Below, piece after piece: positions 8,661-16,583 of a DNA stretch of 38,590 bases. Position numbers and translations under genes: made by a program. This DNA is from Planctomycetia bacterium. Its GTDB lineage: Bacteria > Planctomycetota > PLA2 > JAEUHO01. Numbering within the stretch: the stretch's first letter is position 1; every line of letters begins with the position of its first letter. Where the stretch lies: NCBI GenBank assembly GCA_046094945.1, contig JBJTIJ010000410.1, positions 1 through 38,590 of the forward strand, read 5' to 3'. The notes beneath the pieces are model-generated. The model was not told the origin of the DNA and did no database searches. It was given only the letters and a program-made list of their open reading frames with translations.

Positions 8661-9749
8661 ATGTACCCCACCGAGGGCACCTCGAGCGAGCTGCTGCCCG
8701 TGGCGCCGGCCAGCGCCCGGGCGCTGCGCACGCTGCTGGACCTGGCGCGCAGGCGCCACCGGCCGCTCGTGCACCTGCAGCACAACCCCGACCCCGACGC
8801 GCTGGCCAGCGGGCTGGCCGTGCAGGCCCTGCTCAAGCGCGCGCTGGGCGTGGAGGCGGTGCTTGCCTACACGGGCGGCGTGGGCCGGGCCGAGAACCGC
8901 GCCATGCTGCGCTGGCTCAAGATCCAGATCGTGCCCGCCTACAAGATCGACTACGCCGAGCACGACCTCGTGCTGGTGGTGGACACCCACCCGGGCGCCG
9001 GCACCTGCCGCCTCCCGCCGGGCGTGGTGCCGCAGGTGGTGATCGACCACCATCCCGTGCGCACGCAGGTGCCCGGGGTGGAGTTCCTGATGGTCGACCC
9101 CTCCTACGGCGCCACCAGCACCATGGTGGGGGCCCTGATGCTGGACAACGGCATCCCCGTCGACGAGCGCGTCGCCACGGCGCTCAGCTACGGCATTGAC
9201 ACCGACACGCAGGGCCTCGTGCGCGGCTGCGGCCCCAAGGACGAGGCGGTGTTCGAGCGCCTGCACGCGCTGGCTGACAAGCGCCTGCTGGGCCGCATCC
9301 AGCGCGCGCGCGTGACGCAGGAGTACTTCCAGGTGCTGGAGAACGGCCTGCGCCGGGCCCAGATCACCGACTTCACCGTGGTGACGTGGGTGGGCCCGGT
9401 GGCCTACCCCGACGCGGTGGCCGAGATCGCCGACCTGCTCTTCCGCCTGGAGGGCACGCGCTGGGTGCTGGCCGTGGGCGAGCACGGCGGCGCCCTGTGC
9501 TTCTCGCTGCGCGCCCTGCAGGGTGACGGCGTGGACGCGGGGGCCGTGGCGCGCGTGATCGCGCTGGGCCAGGGTGGGGGCCACGAGGCCTACGCCGGCG
9601 GGCAGGTGCGGCTCGAGGCAGGCGCCGATGCTGGCGAGGACTTCGAGGCCTTGCGCGACCGGTTCCTCAAGGCGGTGCGTGCCAAGCGCACGCTCACGCG
9701 GCCGCTGACGCTGCCCCCGCAGTCGGCCAGCGATGGCGCCGCCTCCTGA
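8661..9749 (+). CDS. DHH/DHHA1 family phosphoesterase (NrnA-like oligoribonuclease / pAp phosphatase)
   Basis: 362 aa. DPDALASG (motif I), VLVVDTH (motif II), VIDHH (DHH motif), and the GGGH motif of DHHA1 (LGQGGGHEAYAGG). Confidence 0.85.
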   Translation: MYPTEGTSSELLPVAPASARALRTLLDLARRRHRPLVHLQHNPDPDALASGLAVQALLKRALGVEAVLAYTGGVGRAENRAMLRWLKIQIVPAYKIDYAEHDLVLVVDTHPGAGTCRLPPGVVPQVVIDHHPVRTQVPGVEFLMVDPSYGATSTMVGALMLDNGIPVDERVATALSYGIDTDTQGLVRGCGPKDEAVFERLHALADKRLLGRIQRARVTQEYFQVLENGLRRAQITDFTVVTWVGPVAYPDAVAEIADLLFRLEGTRWVLAVGEHGGALCFSLRALQGDGVDAGAVARVIALGQGGGHEAYAGGQVRLEAGADAGEDFEALRDRFLKAVRAKRTLTRPLTLPPQSASDGAAS

Positions 9750-9791
9750 GCGCAGGCCGGCGAGGGCGCACCTGCCGTGCCGGCCGTCGGG

Positions 9792-9797
9792 TAGGGT
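9792..9797 (+). promoter_or_regulatory. -10-like hexamer TAGGGT, 6 nt before ATG 9804 (leaderless arrangement)
   Basis: Read directly as cgggTAGGGTgaggccATGcgc. Confidence 0.5.
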
Positions 9798-9803
9798 GAG
9801 GCC

Positions 9804-11462
9804 ATGCGCATGACCGCCGTCCGTTCGCACGTGCCGCGCGGCCTGCAGCACGCCCTGCTGCCCGGGCTGCTTGCCCGGCTGCTGCCCAGCCTGCTGGCCG
9901 TGCTGCTGGGGCTGCCGCCGCTGCTGGCCCTCGGCAGCCGCCCCGCCGGGGCTGGCCCCGAGCCGTCGCTGGCCGACCTCAAGGCCCAGGTGCTGCGCAC
10001 GCTGGAGGAGAAGGATCCGGCGAAGCGCTCGCGCGCCTTCCTGCCGCTGCACGCGCGCAAGGACGCCGCGGCGCTGCAGGTGGCCGTGGACGGTGCCGCG
10101 CGCGCGGCGCTGGCCGTCGAGAAGGTGCGCGCCGAGCAGGCCAAGGCCGAGGCGGCCTACGAGAAGGCCTGCACGGGCCTCGACGAGCTCGAGAAGCTCT
10201 ACGAGGAGAAGAACGACAACTCGCCGCGCGCCACCGAGGCCTTCAACAAGGCCGAGCGCAAGCTCAGCGGGCAGCGCGACGCGGCCCGCGGCACGCTGCG
10301 CGACCTGGAGGCCGACCTGCTGGCGGCCAAGGCGCTGGTGGACGCGGCCGTGGTGGCCGCCTCGACGCTGCTGGGCAACCTCGAGGGCGCCGAGCTGGCG
10401 GCCGGGCTGGACCTGCTGGAGGCCGGCTGGCTGCGCGCGCGCGACGAGGGCGACGCGCTCAAGTACTTCGACGCGCGGGGCGGCGCCAAGGGCGACCTGC
10501 CGCGTGCGCGGGCGCTCTCCGTGCTGCGCGACGAGGCCGCCACGCCGCGCGTGCGGGCCGCGGCGGTGGACTACCTGGCCGGCGTGCGGGACGGCAACCT
10601 GCCCGAGGCGCTGGTGCCGCTGCTGCAGGGCCCGGCTGCGACCTTCGACCTGCTGGCGGCCTGCGTGCATGCCTGCGAGCGCGTGCACCGGCAGGGGGGC
10701 ATCGAGCCCCTGATCGCCTTCCTGGGCCGGCCCGACGCCGAGATCGGGCGCCTGCGCGGCGATGCCACGGCGGCGTTGCGCAGCCTCACCGGCCAGGCGC
10801 ACGGCCCCTACCGCGACCCGTGGGACGCGTGGTGGAAGGCGGCGCGCGAGGGCTTCCAGATGCCGCCCGACCCCAAGCCGCATGACCCCGGCGAGGGCCA
10901 GGGCAAGGGCGTCACCTTCTACGGCATCCGCACCTTCAGCAACCGCATCCTGCTCGTGCTCGACGTCTCGCTGTCGATGGAGAAGCCCGACCAGAAGGGC
11001 AAGCCCGAGCCGCGCCGCATCGACCTGGCCAAGAAGGAGGCCGAGGGCGCTGTCCACAACATGGACGACGGGCACCGCTTCAACGTGCTGCTCTTCAACC
11101 ACAGCGTGACCGCCTGGCAGCCCAGCATGGTGGTGGCCAGCGAGGAGACGCGGCGCAAGGCCGCCCAGTGGATACGCGACGCCGAGCACATCGGCGGCAC
11201 GAACATCCACGACGCCCTGGAGGCCGCCTTCCGCATCGCGCTCAAGTCCACCGGCGAGCCGCTGGTGGACACGATCTTCTTCATGACCGACGGCACGCCC
11301 ACGGCGGGCAAGCTGCAGGACCCCAAGGCCATCCTCGAGCAGGTGGCCGAGTGGAACCGCACGGCCCGCCTGACCATCCACTGCATCGCCGTGGGCGAGG
11401 CCGACGGCGGCTTCCTGGAGGAGCTGGCGCGCATCGGCAAGGGCACCTACCTGCGCCGCTAG
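9804..11462 (+). CDS. Secreted von Willebrand factor A (vWA) domain protein with helical N-terminal region
   Basis: 552 aa. Signal-like N-terminus. MIDAS motif LLVLDVSLSMEK ... GGTNIHDAL ... FFMTDGTPT. TAGGGT hexamer 6 nt before the ATG. Confidence 0.85.
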   Translation: MRMTAVRSHVPRGLQHALLPGLLARLLPSLLAVLLGLPPLLALGSRPAGAGPEPSLADLKAQVLRTLEEKDPAKRSRAFLPLHARKDAAALQVAVDGAARAALAVEKVRAEQAKAEAAYEKACTGLDELEKLYEEKNDNSPRATEAFNKAERKLSGQRDAARGTLRDLEADLLAAKALVDAAVVAASTLLGNLEGAELAAGLDLLEAGWLRARDEGDALKYFDARGGAKGDLPRARALSVLRDEAATPRVRAAAVDYLAGVRDGNLPEALVPLLQGPAATFDLLAACVHACERVHRQGGIEPLIAFLGRPDAEIGRLRGDATAALRSLTGQAHGPYRDPWDAWWKAAREGFQMPPDPKPHDPGEGQGKGVTFYGIRTFSNRILLVLDVSLSMEKPDQKGKPEPRRIDLAKKEAEGAVHNMDDGHRFNVLLFNHSVTAWQPSMVVASEETRRKAAQWIRDAEHIGGTNIHDALEAAFRIALKSTGEPLVDTIFFMTDGTPTAGKLQDPKAILEQVAEWNRTARLTIHCIAVGEADGGFLEELARIGKGTYLRR

Positions 11463-11695
11463 TGCGCCGGCAGGGGGCGCCGCCAGGGGGCACTGCTAGG
11501 GGACGTCGCTGCGAGGCAGGCCGAGACGTAGCGACGGCGGTCAGCTGGCTGGTGGCGGCTGGCCGTGGGTGGCTGCGGGCGGCCGCGCAGGCGCTACGAC
11601 GGGCAGGGCGGGGCGGCGCCGCGCGCGCCTCGAGGCACGCCGCCCAGCCAGCCGGCGCGTCGTGGAGCCCGGCGTCGGGCCCTCTGGGTCGCCCC

Positions 11696-11748
11696 GTTCA
11701 ACTTCTGATAATGGATCTTATGTTGCGTTGCCGGCCCGGGAGGCCGGC
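11696..11748. other. Only AT-rich island of the window, followed by a 7-bp GC hairpin, in a convergent intergenic region
   Basis: gttcaacttctgataatggatcttatgttgcgtt is followed by GCCGGCC-cggga-GGCCGGC (11730-11748). On the + strand TTCAAC (11697-11702)-N16-TATGTT (11719-11724) resembles a sigma70 promoter. Confidence 0.3.
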
Positions 11749-11783
11749 CCGGGGTGCGGTCTCAGGCCGGCAGGCCGTGCCCG

Positions 11784-12527
11784 CTAGCCCGGCAGCCCGT
11801 CCTTGGGCCGCAGCCGCAGGCCCGACCACAGCCCCAGCACCAGCATCAGGGCGGCCACCGCCCCGCCGATGGCCTGCGCCTGCTCACGGTAGCCCTCGGC
11901 CTCCTCCCGCTTGCGCCGCTGCTCGGCGGCGTAGTCGGCGTCCGGGTGCTGCTCGGGCGCCGGTGGGCGCAGCACGTAGGCCTGCAGCGAGCAGGCAAAG
12001 GCCACCTTCGGGTTGCCGGCCGCCAGGTCCTGCAGCGGGCCCTGCTCGGGCAGTCCCGCCATGCCGCGCGTCTCGCGCCAGAGCCGGTCGCGCCAGAGGC
12101 GATCGAGCAAGGCCCAGGGGCTGGCCGTCTCGACGGGTGCCTCGCCCGCCGCGAGCCGGTCGCGCACGCCCAGGGCCTGCGCACTGGCCGCTGGCTCGCC
12201 GGGAGCCCGGTAGGCCAGCAGGCCCGGGGGCCGGCTGCAGGCTCCCGTGGCGCCGTCCACGTCCAGCCACGGGCGCCACGACCACGCGAGGTCCAGCGCA
12301 GGGGCCGGTCCCGTGCGCAGTGCGGCCTCGCGAGCCTCGGTCCAGCGCCCCTCCAGGGCTGCCGCGCAGGCTGCCTGCGCGCTCGCGTCGGCGTCCTCGC
12401 CAGCGAGCGCGACGGCCGGCGTGAGTGCCCACGCCAGGGCGGCTGCGAGGGCCAGGCCAAGCACGCCCCCGGCGCACAGCCTGCCAACCGTGCCGGGCGC
12501 GTGACCGATGGGGCGGACTTGGCTCAA
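11784..12527 (-). CDS. Hypothetical exported protein with N-terminal signal-like segment and C-terminal transmembrane anchor
   Basis: This is the coherent C-terminal part of ORF 11784..14711. It shows non-low-complexity sequence and a terminal helix AIGGAVAALMLVLGLWSGL followed by RLRPKD. The start is uncertain. In-frame TTG at 12527 abuts the stop of the upstream gene. An alternative GTG lies about 60 nt downstream. Confidence 0.5.
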   Translation of the reverse strand: MSQVRPIGHAPGTVGRLCAGGVLGLALAAALAWALTPAVALAGEDADASAQAACAAALEGRWTEAREAALRTGPAPALDLAWSWRPWLDVDGATGACSRPPGLLAYRAPGEPAASAQALGVRDRLAAGEAPVETASPWALLDRLWRDRLWRETRGMAGLPEQGPLQDLAAGNPKVAFACSLQAYVLRPPAPEQHPDADYAAEQRRKREEAEGYREQAQAIGGAVAALMLVLGLWSGLRLRPKDGLPG

Positions 12528-14860
12528 AGTCCCATCTCCCGGTCGGCCAGCAAGTCGGAGGGGCTCAGGTCGTCGGTGAGCACGAGGCTGCCGTCGGTCT
12601 CCGGCACGTGGCGCACGCCGAAGCGCTCGAGGGCAAAGGCCGCGACCTCCAGCATCGGGTGCAGCGGCCAGCGGGCCGCGCCCGTGCCGGCAGCACGTGC
12701 CTCGTGCACCTCGGGCACGCGGCCCTCGGGGCTGCTCCACAGGATCACGTTGCCCGGGAACCAGAGGTTGGGATGCAAGGTGGTGGGTCCCACGGCGCGG
12801 TCCAGCGGGGCGGCCACGGCGCGGCACACCGGGCCCTGCATGCCCGTGCCCAGCACGTTCACGCCCAGCCAGCCGCCGGGCGCGAGGTGCTGGCGCACGC
12901 GCCCGAAGAACTCCTGCGTGGCCAGCTGGAAGGGGATGTAGTTGGTGCGCGCGTAGGCGTCCACCAGCACGAGGTCGAAGCGCTCGTCCGCCGGCAGCGC
13001 ATTCACCACGGTGCGCGCGTCCTCGCCCGTCACCAGCCGCAGCCCCGGGCCCTCGAGGCGGTCCAGCGCGAGGTGCTGGCGCGCCACGTCCACCACCGCG
13101 GGGTCGATCTCGATGCCCACCACCTCCAGGCGCACCGGCTCGGGCAGCGCCACGCGCAGCGCGCGGTGCACCCCCCCACCGGCGTAGCCGATGAGCAGCA
13201 CGCGCAGCGTGCCATCGCTGGCCGCCGGCAGCGCCAGCCGTGCGCCCAGCGCCATCTGCTCGTAGTAACGCCCGCCCGTGAGCACGCGCTCGCCGTCGCG
13301 CGGCAGCCAGGCGCTCTGGTAGGTCTCGGCGTCCTCGTCGTGGCGCAGGAAGACGGCCTCGGCCTCGCCTTCCTGGCCGCCCTCGCTGGGGGCGCCGGAG
13401 GGCTCGAGGACGCCGATGCTCTCGTGCACGGCGCGCACGGTCTGGTAGGCGCTCTCGACCTCCACCAGCTGTCCAGGGTGCGTGCGCACGACCAGCCGGG
13501 GCGCCAGCAGGGCGAGCGCCAGCGCCAGCAGCCCGCCCAGTGCGCAGCCCACGCGCCGGGCACGGGTCGAGAGGGCCCATGCCGCGCCCAGCAGCAGCGC
13601 GCCCGCCAGCGCCACCAGCGCCAGCCGCGAGCCCAGCCCCGGCACCAGCAGCAAGGGCCCGGCGAAGGTGCCCGCCAGCGCGCCCAGCGTGCCCACCGCG
13701 CTCGTGCGCCCTGCGGCGCGCCCGGTCCCGAGCACGGGCGCCAGCAGGTGCACCACGAGGGGGGCCACGGCGCCCAGCAGCAGCGTGGGCAGGCCGAAGA
13801 GCAGCAACGTGGCTGCGAGGCTGCCGGCGAAGGCCACCGGCAGGATGCGCATGCTGTCGATGCCGCGCGGGGCCAGCACCTCGCACAGCGCAGGCCCCAG
13901 CAGCACGGCCGGCAGCAGCGCCAGCCCCGCCCGCCCCAGCACGGCGCCCAGGGCCGGGCGCGGCGCGCGTGCCCGGGCGAGCCGCTCTCCCCACCACGCG
14001 CCCAGCGCCAGCGCGAACAGGATCACGCCGATGGTGTTGGCCCAGATGCGGTTGCTCTGGCCGAACCACGGGCAGAAGAGCCGCACGGCCACCAGCTCGG
14101 CGGCCAGTGTCACGAAGCCCGCCAGGAAGGCCAGCGCTAGCGGCGCGCGGGCCGGGCCTGCGGCACCGGCACCTGCGGGACCCGCCCTGGCCGGCGGCGC
14201 GCCGGGGCCGGCGTCGGGGCCTGGCAGGTGCACGCCCCACAGCGACAGCGCCGTGCACAGGCACAGCGCCAGTGCGAGGTCCAGCGTGTGCAGCGTGCCC
14301 AGCACCTGCAGCAGCACCAGCGGCGTGAGCGCGCAGCCCAGCAGGCTGCCCAGCGTGCCGGCGGCGTACAGGAAGCCGGCCCCGCGCCCTGACTGGCGGC
14401 TGGCGTCGACGGCGCGCACCAGCCACGGGCTCCCCACGCCCAGCACCCCCACCGGCAGCGCGTAGAGCACCAGCGTGGCGGCGATGCTGCCCAGCAGGCC
14501 GATGGGCAGGCCGCCCGGGGCCGGCAGGCCGCTGGGCACCAGCGCCTCGCACACGCTGGGCGCAAGGCCGCGCGCCACGGCCAGCCAGCCCACGCCCAGC
14601 AGCAAGGCCCGCAGCGGCTTGCGGGGTGCGCCCCCGGCCTCCGCCCAGCGCGCGCCCAGGGCGGAGCCCAGCGCCAGGGCGCCCAGCATGACGCCGATCA
14701 CCGCGGCCCACACGTGCACCGACTGGCCGAAGTGCGGTGCCAGCGCACGGGCCGCGGCCAGCTCCAGCACGGTCACGGCCAGCCCGGCCAGCCCGCAGGC
14801 GAAGGCCCCCCGGGCCAGCGAGGCCGCAGGCTGGACGTCAGGGGTGCCGGCGCCGTTCAC
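12524..14860 (-). CDS. Fused polytopic membrane domain / spermidine synthase-like (aminopropyltransferase-fold methyltransferase) protein
   Basis: 778 aa. About 12 or more hydrophobic helices occupy the N-terminal ~480 aa. The C-terminus has LLIGYAGGG ... GIEIDPAVVDVARQH ... DLVLVDAY ... LAPGGWLGVNV, typical of the spermidine-synthase family. Confidence 0.85.
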   Translation of the reverse strand: MNGAGTPDVQPAASLARGAFACGLAGLAVTVLELAAARALAPHFGQSVHVWAAVIGVMLGALALGSALGARWAEAGGAPRKPLRALLLGVGWLAVARGLAPSVCEALVPSGLPAPGGLPIGLLGSIAATLVLYALPVGVLGVGSPWLVRAVDASRQSGRGAGFLYAAGTLGSLLGCALTPLVLLQVLGTLHTLDLALALCLCTALSLWGVHLPGPDAGPGAPPARAGPAGAGAAGPARAPLALAFLAGFVTLAAELVAVRLFCPWFGQSNRIWANTIGVILFALALGAWWGERLARARAPRPALGAVLGRAGLALLPAVLLGPALCEVLAPRGIDSMRILPVAFAGSLAATLLLFGLPTLLLGAVAPLVVHLLAPVLGTGRAAGRTSAVGTLGALAGTFAGPLLLVPGLGSRLALVALAGALLLGAAWALSTRARRVGCALGGLLALALALLAPRLVVRTHPGQLVEVESAYQTVRAVHESIGVLEPSGAPSEGGQEGEAEAVFLRHDEDAETYQSAWLPRDGERVLTGGRYYEQMALGARLALPAASDGTLRVLLIGYAGGGVHRALRVALPEPVRLEVVGIEIDPAVVDVARQHLALDRLEGPGLRLVTGEDARTVVNALPADERFDLVLVDAYARTNYIPFQLATQEFFGRVRQHLAPGGWLGVNVLGTGMQGPVCRAVAAPLDRAVGPTTLHPNLWFPGNVILWSSPEGRVPEVHEARAAGTGAARWPLHPMLEVAAFALERFGVRHVPETDGSLVLTDDLSPSDLLADREMGL

Positions 14861-14872
14861 GCGCCGCGCGCG

Positions 14873-16402
14873 CTACTTGCCCTGCAGGCCAGCGAGCCGC
14901 TTGGTGGCCTCCGCGGCCACCGAGGTGTCCGCGAGGTCCTTGAGCAGCCTCTGCAGGATCTCGATGGCCTTCTCCTTGTTGCCGCCCGCCGCGAGCTCCT
15001 CGGCCTTGTCCAGCCAGCCGCGCGCCTTGGCCTCGCGCTCGGGGTCAGCCGGGGCGGCCTGCGTGGGCTTGGCCGGCTCCTCGGGCGGCGGGGCGAACAT
15101 CTGAGGGCTCAGGGCCGTGAACAGCAGGCCATAGAACACGGCCTCGCGCGCCTTCACCGGAGGGCGGTCGAACACGCGCTCCAGCGAGCGGTCCAGCTTC
15201 TCCTTGGCCACCTGCTTGCCGTTGATCACGAAGCGCACCTCGCGGCCCAGGTCCACGATGTCGTCGTTGAGCAGGGCCGTGAGGTCGAGGATGCCGCGCG
15301 TCGTGATGCGCACGGTGTTGGGGTCCTCGGGCGTGTCGAACACCTCGACGGTGAGGCTGCGGTCCTCCTGGCTCCAGTCGGGCGCGAACCAGAGCCAGTT
15401 GGCGAAGACCTGGTCGCTGGCCTTGACGCGCCACGTGAACTTGCGCGGCACCACGCGCTTGCGCTGGGCCAGCCAGGCGGGCAGGCCGGCCTCGTCGCCG
15501 CGCGTCACGTCGGGGTGGCCGGCGTCCTTGAGCAAGCCCTCGATCTGCGGGCAGCCCACCACGTACACGGGCACGTTGGCGTAGTTCGTCACCACGTCGG
15601 GGTCCACCTTGGGCTCGCCCGACAGCGGCCGGCGCAGCACGATGCCTGCGTACATGTAGGGCTGGCTGGCCGCGATGGTGGTGGCGGTCGTGGCGTCGCC
15701 GTCGAGCACCACGCGCTCGAAGTCCACGTGGAAGCGCTGGTAGAAGTCCTTGAACTGCGCCGTGAAGAACAGCTGGCGCACCTTGCCATCCTCGATGTAG
15801 TTGCCGCGCACGGCCACCGGGGCGAACAGCAGCCAGTGCTCCAGCACCTCCTTCATCGTGCCGTAGCGGCGCGCGATGGCCTCCTCGCCGGGGAACTTCT
15901 TGCCGGTGTAGTCCTTCTCCTCGATCAGCGTGATCAGGGTGGGGAAGGCCTCGACGCGCGGGATCTTGGCCAGCGCGGCGTCGTTGTAGTCCTTCTTGGG
16001 CACCGAGAAGGCCAGCCGCAGCTTGTCCGGCCGCGAGACGTTGATGGCCACCTTGCCCTCGTTGACCTCCGTGTTGGCTTCCTGCTTCTGCCACTTGCGG
16101 TCACGGTAGTCGGCGTCGAAGTCGCGCCCCTGGTCGGTGGCCCGGCGCAGGGCGGCCATGTCCGACAGCACCTTGGGCCCCCCGCCGGCCTCGATCTTGG
16201 CGATGGCGGCCCGCGTGGCCTCCCGGCCGTTGTACGGGTCGGCGTCCAGCTGCAGGTAGGCGCGCATGGCCTTCACCAGCTCGCCCATGAGCTTGGGGTC
16301 GATGGGCTTGTCCTCGGCCGAGGCCGGCCCCATCCCGCCCGCCACGCCCAGCAGGGCGGCGGCCAGCAGCAGGGCCCGCGAGCGACGGAAGGCACGCACC
16401 AT
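14873..16402 (-). CDS. Secreted hypothetical protein (509 aa) with C-terminal TPR-like helix pair
   Basis: ATG at 16402 has GGAG upstream. Signal peptide MVRAFRRSRALLLAAALLGVAGGMGPASA. The sequence is Lys-rich, non-low-complexity, and lower in GC than its neighbours. I recognised no catalytic motif. Confidence 0.75.
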   Translation of the reverse strand: MVRAFRRSRALLLAAALLGVAGGMGPASAEDKPIDPKLMGELVKAMRAYLQLDADPYNGREATRAAIAKIEAGGGPKVLSDMAALRRATDQGRDFDADYRDRKWQKQEANTEVNEGKVAINVSRPDKLRLAFSVPKKDYNDAALAKIPRVEAFPTLITLIEEKDYTGKKFPGEEAIARRYGTMKEVLEHWLLFAPVAVRGNYIEDGKVRQLFFTAQFKDFYQRFHVDFERVVLDGDATTATTIAASQPYMYAGIVLRRPLSGEPKVDPDVVTNYANVPVYVVGCPQIEGLLKDAGHPDVTRGDEAGLPAWLAQRKRVVPRKFTWRVKASDQVFANWLWFAPDWSQEDRSLTVEVFDTPEDPNTVRITTRGILDLTALLNDDIVDLGREVRFVINGKQVAKEKLDRSLERVFDRPPVKAREAVFYGLLFTALSPQMFAPPPEEPAKPTQAAPADPEREAKARGWLDKAEELAAGGNKEKAIEILQRLLKDLADTSVAAEATKRLAGLQGK

Positions 16403-16448
16403 GGGAGGCTCCAGCGTCGGGCCCGGCGCACGCGGCCGGGCCGGGCGC

Positions 16449-16454
16449 ATCTTA
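16449..16454 (-). promoter_or_regulatory. -10-like hexamer TAAGAT upstream of the 14873..16402 gene (leadered, GGAG SD)
   Basis: The minus strand reads gcgcgTAAGATgcgcc, then about 40 nt, then ctGGAGcctcccATG. Confidence 0.3.
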
Positions 16455-16553
16455 CGCGCCCCGGGGGGCGGGCGGCAGCCCCCTCCCGCGGCTCAGCCGG
16501 CGCGGCCCGGCCGTGCCGGGAGCCACGGCCCAGGGTCCGCCGGCCGGCCCGTC

Positions 16554-16577
16554 GCGAGGCCGCCACGCCGGCCTCGC
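16554..16577 (-). terminator. Perfect 8-bp GC hairpin just 3' of the TPR gene stop (no U-tract)
   Basis: GCGAGGCC-(8 nt)-GGCCTCGC, lying 7 nt beyond stop codon 16584-16586 on the transcribed strand. It is a possible terminator or RNA-stabilising stem. Hairpins are common by chance in DNA of this GC content. Confidence 0.25.
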
Positions 16578-16583
16578 CGGCGC

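Noticed and set aside
11560-11625. G-run clusters (GGGTGGCTGCGGGCGG ... GGGCAGGGCGGGGCGG) read as a G-quadruplex element
   Set aside because: Runs of three or more G are expected frequently at this base composition. Only three closely spaced G3 tracts are present, and nothing distinguishes this site from coding regions.
11730-11748. The GC hairpin read as a bidirectional intrinsic terminator
   Set aside because: The T-rich tract lies on the 5' side of the stem for the plus strand, and an A-rich tract follows it on the minus strand. Neither orientation has the stem-then-U-tract geometry.
11569-11787. A 72-aa plus-strand ORF (and the overlapping frame starting MDLMLRC at 11711) inside the convergent intergenic region
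   Set aside because: It is Arg/Gly/Ala-rich noise, has no SD or leaderless hexamer, and runs into the antisense of the next gene. The region is treated as non-coding.
14873-16402. Lower GC and Lys-rich composition of this gene read as evidence of horizontal transfer
   Set aside because: acpP, fabF, the cupin gene and other conserved globular enzymes in the window show the same shift. It is better explained by amino-acid constraint than by foreign origin. No mobility genes or repeats flank the gene.
16403-16450. ATG 16450 (ORF-track start) as the start of the secreted 509-aa protein
   Set aside because: The extra 16 residues (MRPARPRAPGPTLEPP) precede a complete signal peptide. ATG 16402 has a GGAG site upstream. 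ATG 16450 itself lies inside the TAAGAT hexamer.
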